A stretch of 64,000 nt of DNA from Candidatus Buchananbacteria bacterium (GCA_041665065.1 JBAYJM010000001.1:23116-87115); one strand, 5' to 3'; positions 26,758 through 37,479 are shown, counted from the first letter of the stretch. Program-made: numbers and translations. Notes: generated from the letters alone by a model not told the origin.

Positions 26758-26909
26758 AATCATTAGGCTAGTCACTAGACCAGCCAATGTACTAGTATAT
26801 ACTATATCATTTTTTTGTAAATTAGTCAATAGACGCGTAGGCGAGTTCAAAAATTCAGTTGCTGGTTAAATAAATTTGTAGTAAAATTAAAAAAACTAAC
26901 TTGACAAGT

Positions 26910-28412
26910 ATGCCATCTGAATTTTTTAATATTCGTTACGCAAAAACAAAAATCCCGATTATTTTTCCTACAGTTCTTTCAAACGAGGCAATGACTAGCA
27001 CTGAAATGGAAGAAATAGCTGGAGGGCGTTACAAAAAATCACAGCTGATAGTTTTTTATAATGGTTATGTTTTGGGTTATTGGCATCATGAAGACTATGA
27101 ACAAGCGAGAAGAAAAATTTTACAGATTCAATTGCAAAATAACCAGTTGCCAAGTTTTATAAATAAGGTAAATGAGATTTCAGCGGAAATTAGCAAGTTA
27201 CTTATAGAATTTAATAAAACTTTTTCCGAGGCCACGGATAAGAGGGCGACAGCATGGAAAACATACGATGGTGCTTGTAACCTATATAGAAGCCTTTGTA
27301 CATATGCTTATGTTGCTAATCTTTTAGACAGGATACTTACTGAAACGGTAAAAGAAGATTTAAAGCAATATATCGTTGATGAAAATAAGCTTCAAGATGA
27401 TCTTTTGGTGTTATCTCGAGCGCCTAAGGCCAATTATATGTATCAGCATGATTTGGAATTGATTGATCTTTTGGAAAAGCAATCGACCGCAGAGGAAATG
27501 GAAAATCATATCAATAAATGGTGCGGACTTTTTGGCGGTGGCAGTAATCCTGAGCTTGAAGAATTAAAAAAAGAGGTGGCTGGCAGAATTGTTTTATTTA
27601 AGGGTATGACCGAAACACAGCGCATTAAGGAGCGCGAAAACATTTCGCAAAATTTTTTACAAGCAGATGAAAATATAAAAAAATGTGAAACTGAATTGAA
27701 TCTGACAGCAGAGATAAAAGACAAATTCAAATTGTTTCGAGATGCCATTGTATTAAAGGAGGCTAGAAAAATGGCTTTGGTCAAGTTTAGTGTTGAGGCA
27801 AATTTTTTGTTTCAGGCTATATCAGATTTGACTGGCATTACAATTGATAAATTGAGATGCATGTTGCCTTCGGAAACAGAAAGCCTTCTTACAGATAAAG
27901 ATTGCGATATTAGTAATGAGATAGACGATAATGTTATATATGTCATTAATGGCGGTATAGTTGTAAAGTATGCGGGGCAGGATTTTTTTGGTAAAATTAA
28001 AGAATATGAAATAGATGAAGAGGTTCTTAAATTAAAAAATGAATTAAGCGGACCTAAAGAAACAATAAAGTCTATAGCGCCAGATTTAAAAAAAATCTAT
28101 AAGGGAATGGTCTCCTGTCGAGGACAAATAACCGCTCCGGTGAAGGTGGTAATGACGATTGCTGATTTTGGAAAAATACAAGACGGAGATATTTTAGTAA
28201 CACCCTTAACCACGCCGGAATATGTCAAAATATTTCATAAAGTTAGGGGAATGATCACGTTTGACGGGGCAGGACTTACAAGCCATCCGGCAACTCTTTC
28301 TAGAGAATACAAAATACCCGCAATTTTAGGGGTGAAGGAATTAGACGGGATTTTAAAAGATGGAGATATGGTGGAGTTAAATGCAGATAATAATGAGATT
28401 AAAATTTTATAA
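26910..28412 (+). CDS. Protein with C-terminal PEP-utilising (phosphohistidine swivel) domain; N-terminal roughly 390 aa of unknown fold
   Basis: The C-terminus (VKVVMTIADFGKIQDGDILVTPLTTPEYVKIFHKVRGMITFDGAGLTSHPATLSREYKIPAILGV) matches the PEP-utilisers mobile domain, with the conserved His in G(G/A)xTSH. The architecture resembles the substrate-binding plus His domains of rifampin phosphotransferase. Confidence 0.65.
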   Translation: MPSEFFNIRYAKTKIPIIFPTVLSNEAMTSTEMEEIAGGRYKKSQLIVFYNGYVLGYWHHEDYEQARRKILQIQLQNNQLPSFINKVNEISAEISKLLIEFNKTFSEATDKRATAWKTYDGACNLYRSLCTYAYVANLLDRILTETVKEDLKQYIVDENKLQDDLLVLSRAPKANYMYQHDLELIDLLEKQSTAEEMENHINKWCGLFGGGSNPELEELKKEVAGRIVLFKGMTETQRIKERENISQNFLQADENIKKCETELNLTAEIKDKFKLFRDAIVLKEARKMALVKFSVEANFLFQAISDLTGITIDKLRCMLPSETESLLTDKDCDISNEIDDNVIYVINGGIVVKYAGQDFFGKIKEYEIDEEVLKLKNELSGPKETIKSIAPDLKKIYKGMVSCRGQITAPVKVVMTIADFGKIQDGDILVTPLTTPEYVKIFHKVRGMITFDGAGLTSHPATLSREYKIPAILGVKELDGILKDGDMVELNADNNEIKIL

Positions 28413-28428
28413 AAATTAATTTTAAAAT

Positions 28429-29505
28429 ATGAATTTTGAAGGTGAAAAAAAATTATTGGAAGACCATAGTAGAGAGGCCAAATTTTTTGATATTGAAGAA
28501 AATGAAAACGGATCTAAAACTTATACCGTTAGATGTAGACGTCCTAAAATAAGAGATGTTTGGAAAGACGCACGCGGGGGAAAAGGAGAAATATTACGCG
28601 ATGTGGCATCTTGGGATGGCGATCAAGATTTGCAGGCGCCAGTTTTTGGAGAGGGATATCACTATGGTGTTATGATGGGTGACGTTGGACCAAAGGAGGC
28701 TATTGAAATGGAAAAGCCTGAACTGGAAGTGGCTTGTGTAAGGCATTTAAAACATGAAGGTAACGTGGTAAGTCCTCAAGATTTGGAGGCTTATAAAAAA
28801 AGGGCAGAGGAGTTGGTGGACAGTTTTAATATCGGCGAAGATGATGAGGTCTATGTTATCGCTAGTCCATCTGGCCAATGGCAAGGTCAGGAAGATAGTA
28901 ATGAGGCCGTTAAACTATCACGCACGGCAGATACCGCGGGAGTAATTAAAGATGTTTTAGAAGAAAAGGGCATAAAGTTTTTTGATAAAATAGACCCGAG
29001 AGGTGATGAAACAGGCCCCGTTGATAGCGCGCTCTTTAAGGCATTGCAGGAATTTGACATTAGAGATGATGCATTATTTGGCGAGGAAAATAAAAAAGGA
29101 ATTGCAAACTTAAGAGCCACAAAAGCCGGTAAAGACCTTCCTCATCCTGGTGCTTTGACTATGTCAGCTCCGGCTTATGCTTCGCAAGCCCCAAATCTTA
29201 AAGATCTAGTCGATAGAACCGGAATAACAGAATTAAGCAGTGCAACCATTGCCAGAACCTTTAGGGGTTTGGATGTTGCTGAGGAATATTTTCTAAATGG
29301 AAGAGGCAAAAATAATAAACGAAAAATTGTGATTATGTGCGGTCATGGACAATTTGTTACAGATATAACCGAAGCTTTTCAAAATACTACTGCCGGGCAA
29401 TTCCCTACTATTTTTGCAAACAATGGGGATTATTTTACGATGCAGGTCGGCAAAGATAAAGAAGGAAAAATAGTTGAAGAATATAATTTTACTAAACAGG
29501 ACTAA
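28429..29505 (+). CDS. Hypothetical protein (operon partner)
   Basis: 358 aa. No recognisable motifs. Spaced 17 nt and 10 nt from its neighbours. Confidence 0.5.
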   Translation: MNFEGEKKLLEDHSREAKFFDIEENENGSKTYTVRCRRPKIRDVWKDARGGKGEILRDVASWDGDQDLQAPVFGEGYHYGVMMGDVGPKEAIEMEKPELEVACVRHLKHEGNVVSPQDLEAYKKRAEELVDSFNIGEDDEVYVIASPSGQWQGQEDSNEAVKLSRTADTAGVIKDVLEEKGIKFFDKIDPRGDETGPVDSALFKALQEFDIRDDALFGEENKKGIANLRATKAGKDLPHPGALTMSAPAYASQAPNLKDLVDRTGITELSSATIARTFRGLDVAEEYFLNGRGKNNKRKIVIMCGHGQFVTDITEAFQNTTAGQFPTIFANNGDYFTMQVGKDKEGKIVEEYNFTKQD

Positions 29506-29514
29506 ATAAAAATT

Positions 29515-30783
29515 ATGAAGAAAACAACAAAGAAAAAATTTATTGATATTTCTCCGCATAGAAGTATCCTTACTAAAATTAGTCAGACTGGATATTCAAT
29601 TCAGGAGGCGCTATCAGAACTTATTGATAATGCCATTGATGCGAAGTTGCCAAGAAAAAAAATGAAAGTTACTATTGATGTTTCTGAGGATGAAATTGTA
29701 ATAACTGATACGGGCAAGGGAATGTCCGAAGATCAGGCGGCCAAATCCATCAGGCTTGGTTATTCGGAGAAGAAGTGTCAGTTAGGTGAATTTGGTTTGG
29801 GACTAAAAACATCAACATCATTTTTGGGCAAGGGATTTACCCTGGTTACTTCCCCTTTAAAGTCCAATGAGGAATACATTTTGGAATATGATGAGGGTCA
29901 TTGGCTGGAACATGGTGATTGGAATAAATATCCTTTTGTCATTAATCGAGGCGTTGATCCTGAAAAAAGCGGGACGACAATAATTATTAAAAAACTTAAA
30001 GTTAAATTTTCTGAAAAGTTATTAAGCAATATTAAGGACGAGTTTGGTATGCGTTTTGGCCCGTTTATCAGTAATGGTGAGTTAGAGCTTATTTTTAATA
30101 AAGAAATTTGTGAGTCATATGTCCCTCAGATCATAGATAATAAAAAAAATGAATTCTCATTTGAATTTAAAGGCGGTAAGGCAATTGGCTGGTGGGGATA
30201 TCAGTTAAGCGGACTTAATAAAAGTTACTACGGCTTTCATACTTATAGGCGTGGCAGGCTGGTAACAATTTATGATAAAATTGGCTTGACTCCTAATCAG
30301 ACTATTAAACAAATAATTGGCGATATTCATATAGAGGGTATTCCTATTACTCATGATAAAAAGGGTTGGTTAAAATCCTCCAAAGAATATCAGGATCTTG
30401 AAAGTAAAATGAGAGAGTATTTCAAGCCATTTGAAAAAAGACCAAGGCGTATTTTGAGTGGATTTGGAGCATCATCTGGAATTGTTATCGGCACAGTCAG
30501 GTTGGTAAATATGTTTATGTCTGGCAATATAGAAACCGAGATGAAAAGAGTAGCAAAAGGTGACATAATTGTTACCGAAATGACTAGGCCGCAGTTTCTT
30601 CTTGCCATTAGGCGATCAGCTGGAATTATAACTGATATGGGCGGTAATTTATGCCATGCAGCTATAGCTTCAAGGGAATTTAATATACCGGCCGTGGTTG
30701 GTACTCAAAATGCCACGTCTGTCCTCCAAGATGGCCAAAGGGTTATTTTGGATGGTAATGAGGGATATATATATGAAGATTAA
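29515..30783 (+). CDS. GHKL-type ATPase fused to a C-terminal PEP-utilising phosphohistidine domain
   Basis: N-terminal Bergerat-fold motifs ELIDNAIDA (N box), DTGKGM (G1), GEFGLGLK (G2). C-terminus GDIIVTEMTRPQF...DMGGNLCHAAIASREFNIPAVVG is the swivel His domain. Confidence 0.65.
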   Translation: MKKTTKKKFIDISPHRSILTKISQTGYSIQEALSELIDNAIDAKLPRKKMKVTIDVSEDEIVITDTGKGMSEDQAAKSIRLGYSEKKCQLGEFGLGLKTSTSFLGKGFTLVTSPLKSNEEYILEYDEGHWLEHGDWNKYPFVINRGVDPEKSGTTIIIKKLKVKFSEKLLSNIKDEFGMRFGPFISNGELELIFNKEICESYVPQIIDNKKNEFSFEFKGGKAIGWWGYQLSGLNKSYYGFHTYRRGRLVTIYDKIGLTPNQTIKQIIGDIHIEGIPITHDKKGWLKSSKEYQDLESKMREYFKPFEKRPRRILSGFGASSGIVIGTVRLVNMFMSGNIETEMKRVAKGDIIVTEMTRPQFLLAIRRSAGIITDMGGNLCHAAIASREFNIPAVVGTQNATSVLQDGQRVILDGNEGYIYED

Positions 30784-31897
30784 AATCGGTGAACAATATT
30801 TGCAATTTCCAAAAGTATTGCCTAACGACCTAGAAAGTTTTTTGATTTTTTATCCAAATAAATTTCCACTCATAGTGCCTTATTATAAGGAGGTGGCAAA
30901 AAAAATTGCCGGTGATCCAGAGGAATTTAAGAAATATGGCAATTGGGCGCACGATGAATTATTTGCTGGTTTTGAAAAAATTAAAAAAGATTATGAGAAT
31001 GGCGACCAGTCAAACCTTGATTTTTTAGTCAAAATTGATCAGAGATTTAATAAATTAATTTGCTATCGGTTCTGGATTGTTAATTACCTTTTTCCGGATG
31101 GACCAATACACGATTTTTATGTTGAGGTTTTAAAAAATTCAATTCGTAAATTTACAGATGTATCTGATGAGGTGGAAGAATTCGAAGGTAAAATTACAAG
31201 AATTCAAAGAGATCTTTTGCAAAGCGACTATGCCGATCTTTATTTACAGCAAGCACTCAACTCGGTAGAGTTATATGAGTTATTGGCCAGTAGTAAGAAT
31301 TCAAAATCTATTTTATCTAAGGCAGAGGATATTATTAGTCATCATAAATTGGAAGATGCGCCCGAAATAAATGTTCTTTGGGACGATCTTGTGACAATGA
31401 TCAAGGATGAAACCAATAATGATCCCACAATTTTAAAAATAAAAGATAAGCTGCAGTTTGTTATCAATCAGGCTATAATGAGAAAATCTAATCAGCCTAT
31501 TTATAATATGTTGACCCAAGCCGTTGAATTTCGTAAAGAGAATGAGGAGCTATTTAAAAGGCATGGACAGATGGGCGGTAAGTTAGATGTTATTTTTTCT
31601 CAAGCTAAAGATCGGCTTGATGCGGAGGAATTTAAATTGTTTCAGGTGGCTTATGAGCAATCTCGTAATTTTGCAATGTTTAAAGATGTTATGGGGGAAA
31701 TTGACAGGCCTCTTTTGCCGCTTTGGTTTGGATTGCATGATAAAGTTAAGGCAATCCTCACAAAAGATCAAAAAGTTGACCTTTCAAGAACAGGACATGC
31801 CTGTATGTTCTACCGTTTTGTTTGGTATTTGCCGGCACATTTAAAAGATGAAGTAATGAAGGCTGATATGACGCCATTTGATTTGAAAACAATTTAG
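30773..31897 (+). CDS. Hypothetical protein (operon partner)
   Basis: The ATG at 30773 (MKIKIGEQYLQ) overlaps the preceding stop by 11 nt. About 374 aa. No recognised family. Confidence 0.5.
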   Translation: MKIKIGEQYLQFPKVLPNDLESFLIFYPNKFPLIVPYYKEVAKKIAGDPEEFKKYGNWAHDELFAGFEKIKKDYENGDQSNLDFLVKIDQRFNKLICYRFWIVNYLFPDGPIHDFYVEVLKNSIRKFTDVSDEVEEFEGKITRIQRDLLQSDYADLYLQQALNSVELYELLASSKNSKSILSKAEDIISHHKLEDAPEINVLWDDLVTMIKDETNNDPTILKIKDKLQFVINQAIMRKSNQPIYNMLTQAVEFRKENEELFKRHGQMGGKLDVIFSQAKDRLDAEEFKLFQVAYEQSRNFAMFKDVMGEIDRPLLPLWFGLHDKVKAILTKDQKVDLSRTGHACMFYRFVWYLPAHLKDEVMKADMTPFDLKTI

Positions 31898-31911
31898 TAT
31901 TTAAAACTATC

Positions 31912-32859
31912 ATGAAAGACGTATTAAAATTAACAGAAATAGATAAAAATGATGTAGGAATCGCTGGAGGCAAGGGCGCATCGCTTGGAGAAATGACTCA
32001 GGCTGGGATTCCTGTACCGCCGGGTTTTATTATTAGTTCTGACGCTTTTGAGAAATTTTTACAGATATCGGAAATTGATAAAAAGATTGAAGCTTTACTT
32101 GCTGGAGTTGATGGCAAGGATGATGATATGGTTGAAAAAGTTTCTAAACAAATTGAAGAATTAATTTTAAAGTCAGATATTCCTGATGATTTGGTTAATA
32201 AAATATCTGATGAATATAAATTTTTAGATGCGTCATTTGTGGCAGTCAGGTCATCGGCGACAGCCGAAGATGGCGCTACATGCGCTTGGGCCGGCCAATT
32301 AGATAGCTACTTAAACACAAAAGAAAAAGATCTTTTGAAAAATATCAAGCGTTGCTGGGCTTCTCTTTTTACGCCAAGAGCAATTTTTTATAGGATTGAA
32401 AATAAGCTAGAAGATACTAAAATTTCAGTAGCGGTTGTGGTGCAGAAGATGGTTGATAGCGAAATGGCAGGCGTGGCATTTTCAGTGCACCCCGTGACTG
32501 AGGATAGAAATCAACTTATAATCGAGGCGGTATATGGATTGGGAGAGGCCTTGGTTTCAGGAATGATTACGCCAAATAGTTATGTTATTGAAAAAGACTC
32601 AAAAAATATTATTGAAAAAAATGTAATTAACCAGAAGCGCGGATTTTACAAAAATGAGGTTGAAGGAAGCAGTGATTGGAAAGACGTTGAAGATGGTCTG
32701 GGAGAAAAACAAGTGCTTTCTGATGAGCAAATAATTGAGTTATCAAATCTGGTAATGGATATAGAAAATCACTACGGTTTTCCTTGCGACATAGAATGGG
32801 CTTTTGAAAGTGGAAAGTTTTATATCGTGCAGAGTAGGCCGATAACAACTTTAAAATAA
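31912..32859 (+). CDS. Stand-alone PPDK_N / PEP-synthase-type ATP-grasp nucleotide-binding domain protein
   Basis: 315 aa. The N-terminus (VGIAGGKGASLGEMTQAGIPVPPGFIISSDAFEKF) matches the pyruvate phosphate dikinase / PEP synthase / rifampin phosphotransferase ATP-binding domain. No swivel or substrate domain is attached. Confidence 0.7.
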   Translation: MKDVLKLTEIDKNDVGIAGGKGASLGEMTQAGIPVPPGFIISSDAFEKFLQISEIDKKIEALLAGVDGKDDDMVEKVSKQIEELILKSDIPDDLVNKISDEYKFLDASFVAVRSSATAEDGATCAWAGQLDSYLNTKEKDLLKNIKRCWASLFTPRAIFYRIENKLEDTKISVAVVVQKMVDSEMAGVAFSVHPVTEDRNQLIIEAVYGLGEALVSGMITPNSYVIEKDSKNIIEKNVINQKRGFYKNEVEGSSDWKDVEDGLGEKQVLSDEQIIELSNLVMDIENHYGFPCDIEWAFESGKFYIVQSRPITTLK

Positions 32860-32871
32860 ATTTTTTCAAAC

Positions 32872-32903
32872 AAAAAACCTGGCTTCTCGGCCAGGTTTTT
32901 TTG
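32872..32903. terminator. Bidirectional terminator CCTGGC-ttctcg-GCCAGG between convergent operon and ftsH
   Basis: 6-bp GC stem flanked by a run of six A and a run of seven T. Confidence 0.55.
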
Positions 32904-32912
32904 AGATATAAA

Positions 32913-34760
32913 TTATGCAACTTCATCGGCTGTAACCGGTTTTATCTCCGGTTCAAAAATTGCATTAAATTCTTCTGTCTCAAGAGTTTCTTTTACAAGC
33001 AGTTCGCTGGATATTTTATCTAAGTATACTTTTTTATCTCTTATAATCTCTCTGGCTTTGTCTGCCCCAGCTTTTATAAGCTTGGTAATTTCTTCATCGA
33101 TCATTTCCGCGCTCTTTTCCGAGTAGTCTCTTTGTTCATGAATATCCCGTCCCAAGAAGACCATCTCCTCTTTATGCCCAAAAGTTCTAAGTCCGGTTTT
33201 TTCGTTCATGCCGAATTCGGTAATAATTCTTTTTGCCAATTTTGTAGCTTGCATCAAATCATTCTGGGCTCCAGTAGTAACTTCGCCGAAAACTTCTTCC
33301 TCGGCTATTCTGCCGGCAAGGAAAACCGAAAGTTCTTCAATGAATTCACTGCGAGTGTGCATTTTTTTATCTTCGGATGGAAGTTTTAAAGTAAATCCGG
33401 CAGCCATTCCCCGAGCGATTATCGAAACTTTTCTAACTGCGTCAGTATTTGGAAGTTCGTGAGCAACTAAGGCATGACCAGCTTCATGATAGGCTGTAAT
33501 TTTTTTCTCACGAGTATTTAGGATGTGGCTTTTTCTTTCCGGTCCCAAGATTATTTTATCTATGCTTTTTAAAATATCATCAAGGCTGACTTCTTTTTTA
33601 TTTTTAAGCGCTGCCAAAATTGCAGATTCGTTAAGCAGGTTTGCCAAATCAGCTCCGGAAAAGCCGGGAGTCATTTCGCCGATTCTTCTTAGATCAACAT
33701 TATCAGCAAGCGGTTTGTTTTTACTGTGAACCATTAAAATGCTTTCTCTGTCGTTGATGTCTGGTAAGTCTAAAGTAACCCTTCGATCAAACCTTCCCGG
33801 CCTAAGCAAGGCTGAATCTAATACGTCAGGCCTGTTTGTCGCGGCCATGACAATAATATTTGTATTCGGCTCGAAGCCGTCCATTTCCACAAGTATTTGA
33901 TTTAAAGTTTGTTCTCTTTCATCATGTGATCCGCCAAGTCCAGCTCCTCTTTGTCTGCCAACCGCGTCAATTTCGTCAATAAAAATTATACAAGGGGCAT
34001 TCTTTTTTGCTTTCCGAAATAAATCTCGGACTCTTGATGCGCCGACACCGACAAACATTTCTACAAATTCAGATCCGGAGATGCTAAAAAATGGGACGTT
34101 GGCTTCGCCGGCTACTGCTTTTGCTAAAAGTGTTTTTCCAGTTCCAGGAGCGCCTAAAAGCAAAACACCTTTTGGAATAGTGGCACCAAGTGACAAGAAT
34201 TTTTTTGGATTTTTTAAAAAGTCTACAATCTCAACCAACTCTTGTTTGGCCTCTTTTACGCCGGCGACATCTTTAAAAGTAGTTTTAAGATTCTTGCTTA
34301 AATTGAATTCTTTAGCTCCGCTTTGTCCGAAGCTCATTGCCTTGTTGTTGGCTCCTTGAGCCTGTCTCATAATAAACCAGAAAAAAACGATAATTAAAAT
34401 GAAAGAAACCAGAAACGGGGCTATGGTCAGTAAAACATATTTCATGGTACTGTCATTTTTAACTTGGATATTTACGGCGGCCAATTTTTCTCCATTTACA
34501 TTTAAATCTTTAAGTAGGGCGGGCAAGCTATCCGTGCCCTCTTTTTGCATCATTTGTTTAGTGCCATCAAGAAGAGTTATGTTGACGGTATTATTACTAA
34601 CATCAAGAGACTTAATTTTACCTTGATTTATCTCTTCGACCAGGCTTGTTTGTCCAATTTCGGAGATTTTGGTTCCCGTATTGTTTACCAAGCTAAATAT
34701 TGCCGATATAATGATAAATATTACAAATGCGATGATTAAATTTCGGGTCAAGTTTTTCAT
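32913..34760 (-). CDS. ftsH: ATP-dependent zinc metalloprotease FtsH
   Basis: 615 aa. Two TM helices, AAA+ Walker [14 protein letters not shown], second region of homology, HEAGH zinc motif. Confidence 0.9.
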   Translation of the reverse strand: MKNLTRNLIIAFVIFIIISAIFSLVNNTGTKISEIGQTSLVEEINQGKIKSLDVSNNTVNITLLDGTKQMMQKEGTDSLPALLKDLNVNGEKLAAVNIQVKNDSTMKYVLLTIAPFLVSFILIIVFFWFIMRQAQGANNKAMSFGQSGAKEFNLSKNLKTTFKDVAGVKEAKQELVEIVDFLKNPKKFLSLGATIPKGVLLLGAPGTGKTLLAKAVAGEANVPFFSISGSEFVEMFVGVGASRVRDLFRKAKKNAPCIIFIDEIDAVGRQRGAGLGGSHDEREQTLNQILVEMDGFEPNTNIIVMAATNRPDVLDSALLRPGRFDRRVTLDLPDINDRESILMVHSKNKPLADNVDLRRIGEMTPGFSGADLANLLNESAILAALKNKKEVSLDDILKSIDKIILGPERKSHILNTREKKITAYHEAGHALVAHELPNTDAVRKVSIIARGMAAGFTLKLPSEDKKMHTRSEFIEELSVFLAGRIAEEEVFGEVTTGAQNDLMQATKLAKRIITEFGMNEKTGLRTFGHKEEMVFLGRDIHEQRDYSEKSAEMIDEEITKLIKAGADKAREIIRDKKVYLDKISSELLVKETLETEEFNAIFEPEIKPVTADEVA

Positions 34761-34839
34761 AGTTTTTTAATAAGTTAACGTAAAAATTGAGTTAAAGCTA
34801 TTGTTCAAATATCTAGTATAATACTAATTTTATATAAAA

Positions 34840-35433
34840 ATGTCAATGATTATTCAAAAAACAATCGACAATGCCTGGGACGCCACTTTATTTAGAATAA
34901 TCCCCAAGTGGGTCAGGCCAAATCATTTGACTATTGCCAAAATTATATTTTTGCCGATAATTGTATTGGTTTTCTATTTTGGCAATTTTTGGATCGCTTT
35001 GGCTTTATTTATTATTGCTGCATTGTTTGATAGCATTGACGGAGCGCTGGCAAGAAAAAGGAATTTAATCTCGCCTTTGGGCACTTGGCTGGATCCATTC
35101 GCAGACAAATTACTGATAGTTGTCGCTATAATTCTTATTTATAGTTTTTACCCCTATAAAAGTTTTTTAATGATAGTGGCAATAATTGAAATCGCCGCCA
35201 TTATCATAAGTGTAATTGTTCATTTTGGCTTAAAAGAGGTAGGTATTGTAAAGGCAGACTGGTGGGGAAAAATTAAGCTGGCATTGCAAGTTGCGGGTGT
35301 TGTGCTTATTATACTTTTTATAATTTCCGGTAATTTAGGTATTTTGTTTTTAAGCGCAATTATCCTTTCGGTAGCGATTGTTTTTTCTTTGGCAAGCATT
35401 TTCAATCGTATTTATATTATAATAAAGAAATAA
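34840..35433 (+). CDS. CDP-alcohol phosphatidyltransferase family protein (PgsA-like)
   Basis: 197 aa, polytopic. DSIDGALARKRNLISPLGTWLDPFADKLL carries the D-G-x2-A-R...G-x3-D-x3-D signature. Confidence 0.75.
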   Translation: MSMIIQKTIDNAWDATLFRIIPKWVRPNHLTIAKIIFLPIIVLVFYFGNFWIALALFIIAALFDSIDGALARKRNLISPLGTWLDPFADKLLIVVAIILIYSFYPYKSFLMIVAIIEIAAIIISVIVHFGLKEVGIVKADWWGKIKLALQVAGVVLIILFIISGNLGILFLSAIILSVAIVFSLASIFNRIYIIIKK

Positions 35434-35479
35434 AGATTAGATTAAAAAATCCCCGCCACTTGGCGGGGATTTAAGCTGA

Positions 35480-36709
35480 TTATTTTTTGGCCTTTTTTTC
35501 TTTTTTCTCTTCTTTGGCTTTAGCTTTTTCTTCTTTTGCATCAGGTTCTTTCTTTTTCTCTTTCACTTCCTCTGTTTTGGCTTCTGCCACCTTAACTTCT
35601 TCAGCCTTGGGCTTTTCTTCTTTTGGCTTGGCAAAGCTCAGTCCAAGTCGATGGTTTTTAGGGTCTAGCGATACAACATAAAAATCCAGTTCATCGCCTT
35701 GCTTGGCAAAATCATTGATGCTGGCAACCGGCTTATCGCTAAGCTGTGAAATGTGAGCAAGTCCATGGATGTTCTTTTCTAATTCTACAAACAGTCCAAA
35801 AGGATTTAACTTAATTACCTTGCCTTTGACCTTCTGTCCAATGGCATATTTCTTTTCAATTCCATCCCAAGGATCTTTTAGCATCTTTTTCATGGATAAA
35901 AATATCTTGGAATTTTCAATGCCGATAATTTCAGCCGTTACTCTTTGTCCAACTTTGACAAAGTCGTTTGGATTTTCAATTCTCTGCCAGGCAATTTCTG
36001 AAATGTGAATCAGCCCTTCTAATTTATCGTCGAATTCGACAAATACTCCAAAGTCAGTGACTGCAGTTACGCTGCCTTCGACTTGCTGGCCTACTTTATA
36101 TTTATTTAGAACATCTTTTTGTGTTTCTTCCCAAGCAGTCTTTTCAGAAACGATTAATTTATCGTCTTCTTCATTTAAATCTAAAACTTTAACATCAAAT
36201 TTTTTGCCGATGTAGCCTTTTAGGATTTCAAGAATTCTCATTTTGTCTCCGCCGGGAACTCTTGGATAATGTTCAGGAGATAACTGTGAGACTGGCAAGA
36301 ATCCAACTGTGTTTTCAACTTTAATCATCAATCCGCCTTTGTTGGCGTCAGTAATTAAGGCTTGGACAATGTTGGCGGCTTTTTCTAAATCACGCAAACT
36401 CTGCCAGGCTTTTTGTCTTCCGGCATATTGGAATGATAATTCTATTTCGCCATTTTCATTTTCTAATTCTAAAACAGTCGCTTCTATAATATCACCAGGT
36501 TTTAGGTTTTTGTATTCTTCGGATTCGTCGTATCTTTCCCGTCCTCTGACAACGCCGGTGGCAACTCCGCCCAGGTCGATGTGGACTTCATTTTTGTTTG
36601 AGGAAATTACTGTTCCCTTAACCAATTCGCCAACTTTTGGCAAATTAAAATACTGCTTTTCTTCAAGCAGTTTCGTCATTATTGATTCTTTTTTTTCTTT
36701 TGTGCTCAT
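35480..36709 (-). CDS. rpsA: 30S ribosomal protein S1 (multiple S1 domains, Lys/Glu-rich tail)
   Basis: Repeated S1 OB-fold motifs (GxV..I..FGVFV.L..G..GL.HISE) and a KEEK-rich C-terminus. The real start may be an internal Met (MTKLLEEKQYF). Confidence 0.8.
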   Translation of the reverse strand: MSTKEKKESIMTKLLEEKQYFNLPKVGELVKGTVISSNKNEVHIDLGGVATGVVRGRERYDESEEYKNLKPGDIIEATVLELENENGEIELSFQYAGRQKAWQSLRDLEKAANIVQALITDANKGGLMIKVENTVGFLPVSQLSPEHYPRVPGGDKMRILEILKGYIGKKFDVKVLDLNEEDDKLIVSEKTAWEETQKDVLNKYKVGQQVEGSVTAVTDFGVFVEFDDKLEGLIHISEIAWQRIENPNDFVKVGQRVTAEIIGIENSKIFLSMKKMLKDPWDGIEKKYAIGQKVKGKVIKLNPFGLFVELEKNIHGLAHISQLSDKPVASINDFAKQGDELDFYVVSLDPKNHRLGLSFAKPKEEKPKAEEVKVAEAKTEEVKEKKKEPDAKEEKAKAKEEKKEKKAKK

Positions 36710-36991
36710 ACAAGTAATTAGCCTCTGAGAGCCTCAGAAGCCCCGCTTTTTAGTTATTAAGTTTGGACTTTTTGTCCGTTTGTTGCGGGTTTTTAATTGA
36801 GATTAGTATAGTATATTTTGGAATTAAAGTCAATGGATAATTATTTTTAAAATTAAAAATATGTGCAAATTGGGCTGTGGATAAGTCTCTGGCTAATTTT
36901 AGTAGTTTTATTGTACAATATAAATGTGAAGCTCACACGAGCTTACATGTTCCTACCATGGTAGAAGTCTGACAAGAAGGAGACTCTCAGC

Positions 36992-37429
36992 ATGCGGAAA
37001 TGGTTCGTGGTACCCATTATTCTCTTGGCCGTCTTGGCCGCGATTCCTCTGGCTGTGGCTCTGACGAGCCCGACGGTGGCCGTTCAGGAAGCCGAGAGCG
37101 TACAGATGCCGGCGACGCCGACGATGATGGCTGCGCAAGACCTGAAGACGCCCGCGATCGAAGACACGGGCCAGACGTTCGTTGAGCAGCAGCCTGCGCT
37201 CACCAACGAATACGCCGCCACCGTGCATGTCGTCTACGACACGAGTCCGGCGCCGGCGCTTATCTCCCTGGCAAGCGAGCAGAAGCTCACCTCCGCGGAC
37301 GGCGTAATCGACGCAGAAGACACCCCCTCGGTCACCGTGGCTTACGGCGACACCGGGCCGGCTGTTGCTTTCGCGATCGACGCTCAGAAGATGTCGGCGA
37401 AGACGGCGACCCAGGCAATCCTCACGTAA
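36992..37429 (+). CDS. Small secreted protein, GC-rich island (about 60% GC)
   Basis: 145 aa. N-terminal signal peptide MRKWFVVPIILLAVLAAIPLAVA, Ala/Thr/Pro-rich mature part. AAGGAG Shine-Dalgarno site. The overlapping minus-strand ORF 36953-37597 is rejected as an artefact of the high GC. Confidence 0.55.
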   Translation: MRKWFVVPIILLAVLAAIPLAVALTSPTVAVQEAESVQMPATPTMMAAQDLKTPAIEDTGQTFVEQQPALTNEYAATVHVVYDTSPAPALISLASEQKLTSADGVIDAEDTPSVTVAYGDTGPAVAFAIDAQKMSAKTATQAILT

Positions 37430-37479
37430 GAGGACATGGGTCGGGAAGACTTTGGGTCTGAAAAGACCTTTAGCGGTGC

